The position numbers and the translations under genes were made by a program. Shown in pieces: positions 24,006 to 24,172 of a stretch of DNA of 24,172 nucleotides. Source of the DNA: Dehalococcoidales bacterium (GTDB lineage Bacteria; Chloroflexota; Dehalococcoidia; Dehalococcoidales; ARS1013); contig DAOVGW010000021.1 in the NCBI GenBank assembly GCA_030672225.1, forward strand, positions 1 to 24,172, written 5' to 3'. The notes below the pieces were generated by a model, which ran no database searches, had not been told where the DNA came from, and saw nothing but the letters and a program-made list of their open reading frames with translations. The stretch's first letter is position 1; every line of letters begins with the position of its first letter.

Positions 24006-24172
24006 GTGTCAGAAATGAGCAATACTCAGGAAAAGAAGATTGAAAATGTAAGCATCGCCAGGTGTGCCCTGTTTGGAGCCATTGGGTTTGGGATTGGTGG
24101 GCTTATCGGCGGCGTGGTTCCGGCGATGCTTTGGCTTCCCATGGGAGCGATTGGAGGAGCATCGCTGGGGCT
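24006..24172 (+). CDS. 5' part of a probable Gly-rich membrane protein (truncated by the window end)
   Basis: Open frame (M)SEMSNTQEKKIENVSIARCALFGAIGFGIGGLIGGVVPAMLWLPMGAIGGASLG; GGAG 5 nt before GTG 24006 (in-frame ATG at 24015); TATAAT at 23949-23954. Confidence 0.6.
   Translation, partial: MSEMSNTQEKKIENVSIARCALFGAIGFGIGGLIGGVVPAMLWLPMGAIGGASLG

Noticed and set aside
1-24172. CRISPR arrays, rRNA, prophage, transposases, pseudogenes, selenocysteine recoding
   Set aside because: No spaced direct-repeat array, rRNA-like segment, phage or transposase motif, broken frame or in-frame TGA at a catalytic Cys was seen by eye.

Overview
A 24.2-kb stretch of ordinary bacterial chromosome with no mobile-element cargo; gene content and protein style suggest an anaerobic Chloroflexota/Dehalococcoidia-like organism (inference). 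From left to right: an archaeal-type rtcB-archease pair behind tRNA-Gly(CCC); a tandem universal stress protein; two convergent pterin-cofactor operons (moaB-moeA and wtpB-wtpC-wtpA-moaA-moaC-MOSC, the latter led by a Moco/Wco-class riboswitch with a readable terminator/antiterminator); a DegV protein; a CetZ-like tubulin/FtsZ-superfamily protein; an 11-gene complex I-like operon (nuoABCDHIJKLMN, no nuoEFG); a cluster of nested palindromic repeats; and the start of a membrane-protein gene. The standout is nuoI: an intact ~470-aa, circularly permuted GltD/NfnB-family FAD/NAD(P)H oxidoreductase sits between its two ferredoxin motifs. This looks like a built-in, probably NADPH-specific electron input/output module replacing NuoEFG. 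All calls come from motif reading and remembered family consensus; no database searches were run.
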